A DNA stretch of 64,000 bases, taken from NCBI RefSeq assembly GCF_004296955.1, contig NZ_SCVB01000055.1; one strand, 5' to 3'. A program made the translations under genes and the position numbers. Under the pieces are notes generated by a model. It had not been told where the DNA came from. It saw only the letters and a list, made by a program, of their open reading frames with translations, and did not search any database. This DNA is from Brevundimonas sp. Its GTDB lineage: Bacteria; Pseudomonadota; Alphaproteobacteria; Caulobacterales; Caulobacteraceae. Shown here one piece after another: positions 52,052-60,544 of the stretch. The number at the start of each line of letters is the position of its first letter. Within the stretch, counting starts at the first letter, position 1.

Positions 52052-52312
52052 TCATTCGCCGCCGTCGCTCAGGTCGAGGCCGCTACTCTCGTGTCGCCCT
52101 GATCTGTGGTTCCGGCGCTCGAACACGGCGCCAATGACCGCGCACACACCGAAGACCGCCAGGGCGGCATAGGCGACCGGACTGTCCGCCCGTCCTGTAA
52201 GGACACAAAACAGGCCGACAGCCCAGGCGGGCCACGCCACGCCGACAACCAAAACCCTCAGCCACAGGGGCAGAGACCGCAACCATGCTGCAACGGATGT
52301 TTTGGTCGCCAT
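52052..52312 (-). CDS. Small 2-TM hypothetical protein (cassette 4)
   Basis: 86 aa from MATKTSVAAW; stop overlaps the end of a hairpin unit. Confidence 0.68.
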   Translation of the reverse strand: MATKTSVAAWLRSLPLWLRVLVVGVAWPAWAVGLFCVLTGRADSPVAYAALAVFGVCAVIGAVFERRNHRSGRHESSGLDLSDGGE

Positions 52313-52423
52313 AGCTACAGCTTGGAGGTGGGGCCGGGACGCCCGCAACGCCCTGAAACCCGACGGTTACGCCCGCGCGGCCAGACGACAGTCCCTTCGC
52401 CGGCCGAACGGACCTGAACAACG

Positions 52424-53809
52424 CTATTCCTTCGCCTTGGCCGACCCCTTCGTGGCCCGCTCCACCACGGCCTTGCCGGCGTCGGTCTGGGCCAGCCCCT
52501 CCAGCATCGCGCCGAGGGCCTGGCCGCCCTTCGCGCTGAACACGTCGGTGATGCTGTTCATGCCCGCGGGCACGTCGCCGCCGGTCACGATCACCTTGAT
52601 GTCGGCCTCGCTCAGCGCCTGGGCCTGGGCGACGCCCACGGTCTGCCCGGCCTTGATCTGCTCCACGCGCACCAGATAGGTCTGGTAGCCCTCGTTGCCG
52701 CCGATCTCCCGGGCCAGTTCGATCTGCGTCGAGACCGGCGCCAGAAGCAGCAGCCGCTCGGCCTCGGCGCGGCTCTGGCCCTGCGCCAGCAAGCCTTCGG
52801 CGTCGAGCTTCTGCTGCGCCAGGGTGCCCTGCGCGACCAGCTCCAGCCGCTGGCGCTCCGCCTCGGCGGAGATGACCTGCTGCTGGCGCTGGCCCTCGGC
52901 CCGGATGACCGTGACCTCGCGCTCCTGCGCGGCCTGGACCTCCGCGACCCCCTTTGCGATGTCGGCGGCGCGCGTATCGGCGACCAGCTTCACATCCATC
53001 TCGCGTTCGGTGGTGACCTTCTGGGCGACCAGAACCTCCTGCTCGGCGACCTGTTTGGCGATGCCGACCTGCTTTTCCTGCTCGGCCGTGCGCATGCCGA
53101 CCTGCTGCAGGGCGTCCTGCTGGTTCACCTCGACGATGCGCTCGGCCTCGATTTCCTTGGTCCGGGCCATCTGGCTGTTCATCGCCACGGCTTCGCGGCT
53201 CTCGCGGTCGATGCGGGATTTTTCCTTCGCCATGATGTTGGCGATGACCTGGGAATTGGCGCTGTCGCGGATGTCCATGAACTCGATGTTCTTGACCGTC
53301 TCCACGCCCCACGCCTGAAGCTGGTTGTCCACCTGGGCGGTGAAGGCCTCGGCCAGGGTCGATCGGGCTTCGAGGATGTCCTCGAGCTTGTGGGTGGCCA
53401 GAACGTTGCGGACGGCGCCCTGGAGAATGCCGGACAGCTGGTGCTGCAGTTCGTCGAAATTGGCGACCTTCTCCGCCGCCGTGTCCGACTTGGCGATCCG
53501 CATGAAGGCCTGCACGTCGACGCGGAACGGCAGGCGCCCGGTGTCGTAGGCCTCGTAGTCCTTCAGGTTCACGTCAAAGATGGAGACCGGAAATTTGGTC
53601 ACCAGCACGCCGATGCTGGGCAGGAAGGCCGGCCACTCATAGTAGACGTTTCCGGCTTCCTGACTGGCGCCGTAGCTGACGCGCGAGCGGCCGCGCTGGA
53701 CGATGTGAACCTCGTTGGTCGGGACCACCCGGCGCAGAACCAGCGCAATCAGGAATCCAAAGGCGAACACGCCGAGCGCGACGCCGCCGGCAACGAAATA
53801 CATGATCAT
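52424..53809 (-). CDS. SPFH/flotillin-family protein
   Basis: N-terminal TM, RRVVPTNEVHIV, SPFH-like domain, Ala/Glu/Gln-rich coiled coil; GGGGGA RBS before ATG 53809. Confidence 0.88.
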   Translation of the reverse strand: MIMYFVAGGVALGVFAFGFLIALVLRRVVPTNEVHIVQRGRSRVSYGASQEAGNVYYEWPAFLPSIGVLVTKFPVSIFDVNLKDYEAYDTGRLPFRVDVQAFMRIAKSDTAAEKVANFDELQHQLSGILQGAVRNVLATHKLEDILEARSTLAEAFTAQVDNQLQAWGVETVKNIEFMDIRDSANSQVIANIMAKEKSRIDRESREAVAMNSQMARTKEIEAERIVEVNQQDALQQVGMRTAEQEKQVGIAKQVAEQEVLVAQKVTTEREMDVKLVADTRAADIAKGVAEVQAAQEREVTVIRAEGQRQQQVISAEAERQRLELVAQGTLAQQKLDAEGLLAQGQSRAEAERLLLLAPVSTQIELAREIGGNEGYQTYLVRVEQIKAGQTVGVAQAQALSEADIKVIVTGGDVPAGMNSITDVFSAKGGQALGAMLEGLAQTDAGKAVVERATKGSAKAKE

Positions 53810-54045
53810 GGAATCCCCCGATACTCGCCGGACTATGTCCACAAAACCCGGGCGTCGCAACTATCGCGGGAGGCTGCCCGCCGGCGGCTCGCTCCTGGCC
53901 GCCTTGACGTGAAGGCCAGCAGAGACGGTCGGCTCAGGCTCACATGTCCGCAATGGCGGCGGACGTCGCGCGTTCGGCGGATCCCCGACTTTCGGCGGCC
54001 TGTCGATCGCCTCGACCCGCCGCGCTCCTGATCTTCCCCGTAGGG

Positions 54046-54477
54046 TCAGACCAGGTCGGCGGGGCGGTGGTAATGTTTTTCCGCATCATGCAATATATTC
54101 AACAAGATGCTCACGACCTGTGCGGCCGTTCCGTCCTGGGTGACGATGTTGAAGGCCTGTTGACTGAGCGGAGTCCGGTCGGGTCTGGCCATGGCCCAGC
54201 TCGGGAACAGGCGTTGTTTGATCGGCCACTCATTCAGGACGATGACATCCTTGTGTCTCTTGTCCGCCCTGATGCGCGTCATGAGTTCGTCCAGCTTTTG
54301 AGCGTCACCTTCGAGCACTTGAACGAATTTGCCATCCGGGTGAGCGAGGCAGCCCGTGATCTTGTCTCGCCGGTTGTTTCTGACCGAGCTCGTGAATATT
54401 GCATCGAGCGCAGCGACGTCATCGTCGGCTATGGTCGCCGTGCTCCTGTAAACGATCCGCCGCAGAGATTTCGTCAT
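54046..54477 (-). CDS. Stand-alone BLUF blue-light photoreceptor
   Basis: IVYRS (Tyr), RNNRR..ITG (Asn), FVQVLEG (Gln), D.RH, F..WAM (Trp/Met). Confidence 0.92.
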   Translation of the reverse strand: MTKSLRRIVYRSTATIADDDVAALDAIFTSSVRNNRRDKITGCLAHPDGKFVQVLEGDAQKLDELMTRIRADKRHKDVIVLNEWPIKQRLFPSWAMARPDRTPLSQQAFNIVTQDGTAAQVVSILLNILHDAEKHYHRPADLV

Positions 54478-54967
54478 GAGGAGATCCTTCCGGGCGCCTG
54501 CAGACCCAGGTTGGGACCCTAGGCGCCAAGCGGGCTCTCTCAATGACCTGGATCAAGCCGTCCCTGATCGGTCCAGGCGGGCGGGCGCCGGGGTCCGCGC
54601 CGAAGGCCGGAAATCCCCTCCGCCCAGGTGTGTATTCCCGCCCCGTGTCTTCTCGCCCCTTGAGGACCGCGATGCGCCACTTCCGCCCCTCCGGCGCGCG
54701 CCGGAATCGGTCCCGCGACCGTTTCTGACGCAGGCCCGTGCATAATGGTGAAATGCCCGCCGGGCCTGGGTCTTTGACATTGCATGAACCGTCGCCGCCA
54801 CCGCCAAGGGGCCGGCGAAGCGTCCTCAGCGGGCGATGCCTGACTGGCGGACTTCCCAGCCGACATTTTTTGTCCGGAATGCGAGACTCTCTGCCCTTCG
54901 GTTGAAGGCCGCGAGGTTGCTGATCCGGCAGTGCGCGTCCCTTCTCCGGCAAGGGGAAAAGGAAGAC

Positions 54968-55771
54968 CTACCCCCGCAGGACCTTCAGCAGCTGCGGATG
55001 CAGCTCCGAGTTCGTCGCCAGGATCTGGGCCCCCGTCTCGGGCCGGCCCTCGCCGTCGATGGTGGTGACCACGCCGCCCGCCTCGGTGACGAACAAAATG
55101 CCCGCGGCCACGTCCCAGGGGCTCAGGTTGCGCTCGTAGTAGGCGTCGTACCGCCCCGCGGCGACCCAGGCGAAGTCCAGCGCCGCCGAACCCAGCCGGC
55201 GGATGCCGGCGACGCGCTGGCCGACGGCGTGGATGTCCTTGATGGCCTGGGCATGCCCCGTCTTGCCGATGAACGGCAGGCCGGTGGCGATCAGGCTTTC
55301 CGACAGATCGCGCCGGCCGGCGACGCGGATGCGCTGGTCGTTCAGATAGCAGCCCTTGCCCTTCTCGGCCCAGAACAGCTCGTTCATGACGGGGTTGTAG
55401 GTCACGCCGGCGACGATCTCGGACGACCCGTCCGGCGCCGTGCGCTGCAGCCCCACCGTGATGGCGAAATGGGGCATGGCGTGCATGAAGTTGGTGGTGC
55501 CGTCGATCGGGTCGACGATCCACATGTGGGACTTGTCCGTCCCCTCGATCATGCCGCGCTCCTCGCCCAGGAAGCCGTAGCCGGGGCGGGCCTTCATCAG
55601 CAGTTCGTAGAGGGTGTCCTCGGCCCGGATGTCGGCGGCGGTGACGAAGTCGCCGGGCCCCTTGCGCGAGACCTGCAGCTGGGCGACCTCGCCGAAGTCG
55701 CGCAGCATGGGCCGGGCGGTCTTGCGGACCGCGTCCAGCATGACGGTGACGAGGGCGGAAGCGAGGGCCAT
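54968..55771 (-). CDS. suhB: Inositol monophosphatase family protein SuhB
   Basis: RDFGEV..LQVSRKGPGDFVT, GEE, WIVDPIDGTTNF, RRLGSAALD, WDVAAG. Confidence 0.95.
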   Translation of the reverse strand: MALASALVTVMLDAVRKTARPMLRDFGEVAQLQVSRKGPGDFVTAADIRAEDTLYELLMKARPGYGFLGEERGMIEGTDKSHMWIVDPIDGTTNFMHAMPHFAITVGLQRTAPDGSSEIVAGVTYNPVMNELFWAEKGKGCYLNDQRIRVAGRRDLSESLIATGLPFIGKTGHAQAIKDIHAVGQRVAGIRRLGSAALDFAWVAAGRYDAYYERNLSPWDVAAGILFVTEAGGVVTTIDGEGRPETGAQILATNSELHPQLLKVLRG

Positions 55772-55839
55772 GGGGATCTCCTGGTCCGAAGGTCCTCAAA
55801 AGGCGGAAGCGCCCGGACAGTCGGAGAAGTTCAAGGGGG

Positions 55840-55907
55840 TAGGGCTTGGGGCTTAGGGCTTGGGAAGCAGGCGGATCTAAGCCCCAAGCCCTAATTTCTA
55901 GGCCCTA
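55840..55907. repeat. Heptamer-built palindromic intergenic element
   Basis: Perfect 17-bp inverted repeat TAGGGCTTGGGGCTTAG (55840-56) / CTAAGCCCCAAGCCCTA (55877-93), with further 7-mers on both sides. Confidence 0.85.
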
Positions 55908-56471
55908 CTCGGCGCGCCGGACGTATTCGCCCGTCGTCGTGTCGACGATGATCCGCTCGCCCACGCCCATATACGGCGGGATCATGATGCGGACGCCGTT
56001 GTTGGCGATGGCCGGCTTGTAGGACGACGAGGCCGTCTGGCCCTTCACCGTGGGCTCGGTCTCGACGACTTCCAGGGTCACCTGGTCGGGCAGGGTCAGG
56101 CCGATCGGCCGGTCCTCGTGCATTTCGATCACGACCTTCATGCCGTCCTGCAGATAGGCGACGCGGTCCTCGCCGACCCAGTCCTTCTGCAGCTCGGTCT
56201 GCTCGTAGGTGGCGTCGTCCATGAACACCAGGGCGTCGCCCTGCTCGTACAGGAAGGAGAAGTCCTTCTGCTCCAGCGTGACGCGCTCGACCTTGTCCTC
56301 CGACCGGAAGCGTTCGTTCAGCTTGTTGCCGGTCTCGAGGTTCTTGGCCTCGACGTTGGCGAAGGCGCCGCCCTTGCCCGGCTTGACGTGGCTGGCCTTG
56401 GTCACGACCCACAGGCCCTTGTTGTGCTCAATGACCATGCCGGGCTTGATGTTGTTGCCGTTGATTTTCAT
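55905..56471 (-). CDS. efp: Elongation factor P
   Basis: [30 protein letters not shown]…[14 protein letters not shown]. Confidence 0.98.
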   Translation of the reverse strand: MKINGNNIKPGMVIEHNKGLWVVTKASHVKPGKGGAFANVEAKNLETGNKLNERFRSEDKVERVTLEQKDFSFLYEQGDALVFMDDATYEQTELQKDWVGEDRVAYLQDGMKVVIEMHEDRPIGLTLPDQVTLEVVETEPTVKGQTASSSYKPAIANNGVRIMIPPYMGVGERIIVDTTTGEYVRRAE

Positions 56472-56577
56472 GGGGTCTCGGAAAGGGATTGGGCGCAGCC
56501 GGCGCGGCGCGCGAACGGGCGCAGTCCCTAGAGGATGCCGCGCCATCCGGCAAGGCGTGGGCCCGGGCGCGGGTCGC

Positions 56578-57120
56578 TCAGTGCAGCGTCGCCTGCGCCG
56601 CCTTGTCCTCGACCCGGTTGGCGATCCGCACGCCGCCGCCGATGGGCGAGGCCATCTTGCCGGCCTGGGCGTCGATCTTGCGGGCCTCGTGGGCGAAGGC
56701 CGCCGCCATCCCCGCCGAGGACATGGCCGCGAGAATCTGCAGGCCGCGCCCGGCGGGCCGCAGGGCGATCCAGACGGCGTTTAACGCCTGCGCCCCGGCC
56801 CACAGCGACATGGCCACGGTCCGCTCGCGCGCCCGCGGCGCGTTCCAGACCCGCACCGCCGACAGGGTGGTGACCGAGAACACCGCCGGCAGGATCAGGC
56901 TCAGCGGCCCGCGCGGCCGTTCGGTGATCGGTGAATGGCCGTCGCCCGGCCGGTCGCGGGTCGGCGCCAAGGTCCTTGTCGCGAACAGGGTCGCGGCGAG
57001 GGCGAAGCCGACGGTCAGGCCGACCCCGATCAGCACATGGCCGGGATGCCGGCCCTCGGCGTTCAGAAATCCGGTCGCGGCGTCGCGGGCGTCGTCCAGG
57101 GCGTCGTCGATCGAGGTCAT
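56578..57120 (-). CDS. Divergent TspO/MBR-like membrane protein
   Basis: RVWNAP…[12 protein letters not shown] resembles the TspO core; several canonical Trp residues missing. Confidence 0.6.
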   Translation of the reverse strand: MTSIDDALDDARDAATGFLNAEGRHPGHVLIGVGLTVGFALAATLFATRTLAPTRDRPGDGHSPITERPRGPLSLILPAVFSVTTLSAVRVWNAPRARERTVAMSLWAGAQALNAVWIALRPAGRGLQILAAMSSAGMAAAFAHEARKIDAQAGKMASPIGGGVRIANRVEDKAAQATLH

Positions 57121-57146
57121 TCCATCTCCCTCCAGTCCGGGAAAGG

Positions 57147-57172
57147 AATGGACGGCCACGGAGGTCAGTTCC
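57147..57172 (-). promoter_or_regulatory. SigmaT/EcfG-type promoter of the TspO-like gene
   Basis: GGAAC-N17-CATT on minus strand, overlapping the bfr 3' end. Confidence 0.6.
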
Positions 57173-57665
57173 CGGTGGCGCTCTTGTCCGGGGCGATCTC
57201 GGTCATGGCGGATTGGAGATAGTTCTGCTCGCCCAGCTGTTCGATCAGCTTGTGCTGGGCCTCGAGGAAGTCGATGTGCTCCTCGGTGTCGTTGAGGATG
57301 CGCATCAGGATGTCGCGGCTGACATAGTCCTTGGCCGCCTCGCACTGGGCCACGCCGGCCATCAGGGTGTCGCGCCCGCCCAGCTCCAGCTGCAGGTCGG
57401 CGCCGAGGCATTCGAAGGCGTTCTCGCCGATCTTGAGCTTGTGCAGGTCCTGCAGGTTGGGCAGCCCGTCGAGGAACAGCACCCGCTTGATCAGCATGTC
57501 GGCGTGCTTCATCTCGCCGATGCTCTCGTCGTAGATGATCTGGCCGAGGTGTTTCAGTCCCCAGCTCTCGAACATGCGGGCGTGCAGGAAATACTGGTTC
57601 ACCGCCGTCAGTTCGTTGGTCAGCACCGCATTGAGCGTGCGGATGATCGCGGGGTCGCCCTTCAT
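57165..57665 (-). CDS. bfr: Bacterioferritin
   Basis: MKGD, NELTAVNQYFLH, ESIGEMKHAD, FLDGLPNLQ, DTEEHIDFLE. Confidence 0.98.
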   Translation of the reverse strand: MKGDPAIIRTLNAVLTNELTAVNQYFLHARMFESWGLKHLGQIIYDESIGEMKHADMLIKRVLFLDGLPNLQDLHKLKIGENAFECLGADLQLELGGRDTLMAGVAQCEAAKDYVSRDILMRILNDTEEHIDFLEAQHKLIEQLGEQNYLQSAMTEIAPDKSATGN

Positions 57666-57806
57666 GGCTCAGCTCCTGCCGACGGCGGCGATGAGTCGCC
57701 GCTTCGAACCGTGCTCATAACACGGCCGGCGGGAATGTGTTCAGTGGCGAACGCCTGTCGCCGGCGCTGTAATTGCGAGTAAAAGTCGTCCGCAGCGGGA
57801 CGGGGC

Positions 57807-57992
57807 CTATTCGGCCGCCATGGCGAAGGATTCGCGGCTGTCCTGGATCATCTCGCGCATCTCGCAGACGCAACGGGCGCATTGAACGGCGCACTGGTTG
57901 CGGGCGAAGACATCGCGCGGCCGGGTCGCGCCGGCCTCGATGGCGGCGGCGACGTCACGTTTGCGAAGACCATTGCAGTTGCAGACGTACAC
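57807..57992 (-). CDS. bfd: Bacterioferritin-associated ferredoxin
   Basis: MYVCNCN…CAVQCARC; directly upstream of bfr; GTG start. Confidence 0.93.
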   Translation of the reverse strand: MYVCNCNGLRKRDVAAAIEAGATRPRDVFARNQCAVQCARCVCEMREMIQDSRESFAMAAE

Positions 57993-58012
57993 GGCAGGAC
58001 GGATCCGACGGG

Positions 58013-58068
58013 TTGCGAATGGTTCGCTGTAGCATCAAGGGCCGGGCGAATGCAAGTCGTTCGCATTC
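58013..58068. promoter_or_regulatory. Two Fur-like boxes upstream of bfd
   Basis: TTGCGAATGGTTCGC (58013-27) and GAATGCAAGTCGTTCGCATTC (58048-68), both of TGCGA-N5-TCGCA type. Confidence 0.6.
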
Positions 58069-58117
58069 CGTACCACTCCGGTATTGACGCCGGACGCGGG
58101 GCGCCCCAGGCCGCAGC

Positions 58118-58777
58118 ATGGCCCGAGAACCCGTCGTCATCCCGCGTCCGCCCTGCCGGCTTTATCTGATCACGCCGCCGGCGATCCCCGATCTCGCGGC
58201 CTTTGCGCGCGCGCTCGAGGCGGCGCTGGACGCCGGCGACGTGGCGGCCCTGCAGATCCGGCTCAAGGACGCCGATGACGCCGCCGTGCTGGCCGCGGTC
58301 GCTGTGCTGAAGCCGATCGCCCAGGCCCGGGGCGTGGCCGTCATCCTCAATGACCGGCCCGATCTCGCCGCGCGCTCGGGCTGCGACGGCGTGCATCTGG
58401 GTCAGTCCGACGGCTCCGTCAGCGCGGCCCGCACCATGATGGGTCGGGACGCCATGATCGGCGTGACCTGCCACGACAGCCGCGAACTGGCCATGGACGC
58501 AGCCGAGGCCGGGGCCGACTATGTCGCCTTCGGCGCCTTCTTCCCCACCGCCACCAAGGCCACGGTCCACCGGCCCGATCCCGAGATCCTGACCATCTGG
58601 CAGGAGACGGTCGAGATTCCCTGCGTCGCCATCGGCGGGATCACGGCGGAGACCGCCGGCGGCCTCGCGCGCGCCGGGGCCGATTTCGTGGCGGTCAGCG
58701 CCGCCGTCTGGAACCACCCTGACGGAGCGGCCGCGGGAGTCCGGGCGCTGGACCGCGCGCTGGCGGCTGTGTCCTGA
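58118..58777 (+). CDS. thiE: Thiamine-phosphate synthase
   Basis: [53 protein letters not shown]. Confidence 0.95.
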   Translation: MAREPVVIPRPPCRLYLITPPAIPDLAAFARALEAALDAGDVAALQIRLKDADDAAVLAAVAVLKPIAQARGVAVILNDRPDLAARSGCDGVHLGQSDGSVSAARTMMGRDAMIGVTCHDSRELAMDAAEAGADYVAFGAFFPTATKATVHRPDPEILTIWQETVEIPCVAIGGITAETAGGLARAGADFVAVSAAVWNHPDGAAAGVRALDRALAAVS

Positions 58778-58843
58778 CCTTCAGGGGATATTAGGAAGCC
58801 GGAGGCTAGGAAACCGGGACATAAACGCCGTCCGGACCTGAAG

Positions 58844-60544
58844 ATGCCCATGAGCCGCGCGCTCGACCCCGCCGAGCCGCCAACCCTTTCGTCAGAAGGG
58901 TCCGCCGGATCGCGCCCGCAAGGCGCCATCCAGTTCAACAGCGCCTCCGCCTTCTTCAAACAGCCGCTGACACCCGTCTTCACCGCCCTGACGGTGATGT
59001 TGCTCGTCGTCCTGGCCATCCATTTCGCCCGTTCAGCGGGCCTGGTGGCGGCGCTCTGGGGCGCGAACGGGGTGGCCGTGGCGGTCTGGCTGCGGAATAC
59101 GCGCGGGCCCCTGTACGACCTGTGTTTCGGCTCCCTGCTGGTCGTGGGCATTGCAGCGGGGGAGTTGCTGGCCGGCAATTCCTATCTGCTCACCGCGATC
59201 TTCACCGTCGCCAACATGATCGAGATCGTCGGCGCCGTCCTGCTCGCCCGACGCTTCGCCCCCACGCTCAATCTGGCCAGCGTCGACGGCGCCTGCCGGT
59301 TTCTGGCCAGCGTCGCCTTTGTCGCGCCCATTCCCGCAGCCCTCGTCGCCGGAGTCGCGTTGAACCTGACGGGCGGGACGGACATTCTTGACGCCGTCCA
59401 GACCTGGTGGTTCGGCCACGCCCTGGGGATCGCGGTGATCGCGAGCTTCGGCGTCTCCCTGACCCGTCGGCACCTGGCCATCCTGGTCAATCCCTGGCGT
59501 CTGATCGAGGCGGCGGCGTTGATGGGCCTCCTCACCGGAGCCTGCATCTTCGCCTATTTCCAGTCGCCCACGCCGGTGGGCTTCGTGGTCGTGCCGTTGC
59601 TGATCCTCATCGCGGCGCGGTTCCGGGTGATGGGCGTCACGACCGCCTTGCTGATCGTCTCCCTGCTCGCCATTGGCGGCACGGTCGCCGGCTACGGGCC
59701 GTATGTCAGTTCCGCGCCCGAACTCGCCCAACGCGCCCTGATGATGCAGTTGATGGTGCTGTTGGGCTGCCTGCCGATCCTGCTCGTGGCGGCCCTGCTG
59801 GAGGAGCGTGATCGCCTGTCGGAGCGCGCCAAGGCCGGGCAGCTCCGCGCCGAGCGGGCTTCGGCCGCCAAGTCCCGTCTGCTCGCCAATGTGGCCCATG
59901 AGATCAAGAGCCCCGTTGGCGGCGTGATCGGCATCGGGGAGCTGTGGAAGGCCGGTCAGCTGGGCCCGGTGTCTTCGACCCAGGCCGAAATGGCCGACAT
60001 GCTGGTCAAGACCGCCCGTCAGGTCGAGGCCCTGGCCCATGACCTGCTGGATGTCGCCCGCGCCGAGTCCGGCGCCGTCAAGGTCGAGCTTCGGCCGACC
60101 GACGTGCCCGGCGTTCTGGAGGACGTGCGCCGCGCCACCGCCCTGCGGCCCGACGCCGAGGGGCTGCGCATGGAGGTGATCAGCGAAGGGGACGGCCTCG
60201 TGGCCCTCGCCGATTCACAGCGCCTGGCCCAGGTCGTCGCCAACCTGGCCTCCAATGCGGTCAAATACGGCGGCGCCGGCGGCGTGGTCATCTTCCGCGC
60301 CAGCAAGGTCTATGACGGGGTGCGCATCGAGGTCATCGATCGCGGCGAGGGCCTGTCGGTCGAGAAACAGACCCAACTGTTCGAGCCGTTCAACCGCCTC
60401 GGCCTCGAGCGGTCGACGGTCGAGGGCCACGGCATCGGCCTGGCCCTGGCCAAGCGGCTGGTGGAGCTCCAGGGCGGTTCGATCGGGGTCACCTCGGCGC
60501 CGGGCGAGGGCGCGACCTTCTGGGTCGAGCTGCCGGCGGCCTGA
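58844..60544 (+). CDS. Membrane sensor histidine kinase with MASE1-like domain
   Basis: Multi-TM N-terminus (W.ANGVA, WWFGHALG); NVAHEIKSP, NLASNAVKY, DRGEG, GHGIGL. Confidence 0.9.
   Translation: MPMSRALDPAEPPTLSSEGSAGSRPQGAIQFNSASAFFKQPLTPVFTALTVMLLVVLAIHFARSAGLVAALWGANGVAVAVWLRNTRGPLYDLCFGSLLVVGIAAGELLAGNSYLLTAIFTVANMIEIVGAVLLARRFAPTLNLASVDGACRFLASVAFVAPIPAALVAGVALNLTGGTDILDAVQTWWFGHALGIAVIASFGVSLTRRHLAILVNPWRLIEAAALMGLLTGACIFAYFQSPTPVGFVVVPLLILIAARFRVMGVTTALLIVSLLAIGGTVAGYGPYVSSAPELAQRALMMQLMVLLGCLPILLVAALLEERDRLSERAKAGQLRAERASAAKSRLLANVAHEIKSPVGGVIGIGELWKAGQLGPVSSTQAEMADMLVKTARQVEALAHDLLDVARAESGAVKVELRPTDVPGVLEDVRRATALRPDAEGLRMEVISEGDGLVALADSQRLAQVVANLASNAVKYGGAGGVVIFRASKVYDGVRIEVIDRGEGLSVEKQTQLFEPFNRLGLERSTVEGHGIGLALAKRLVELQGGSIGVTSAPGEGATFWVELPAA

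Larger units (their letters stand above)
50915..53989 (+). repeat. Dispersed clusters of tandem 24-25 bp hairpin units (GTCCGC-N12-GCGGAC) separating ORFs
   Basis: Clusters at ~50919-50977, 51379-51427, 51659-51707, 52005-52053, 52341-52413 and 53946-53989, all in the same orientation. Confidence 0.88.

Noticed and set aside
50915-53989. CRISPR, TIGR-type array or classical attC integron
   Set aside because: Spacers are whole genes of 230-1500 bp, there are no cas or intI genes, and no GTTRRRY/RYYYAAC boxes; reported instead as an unclassified array
54850-54965. Cobalamin or SAM riboswitch
   Set aside because: Only fragments (CAGCAACC, GGGAAG) match; core motifs and spacing are absent
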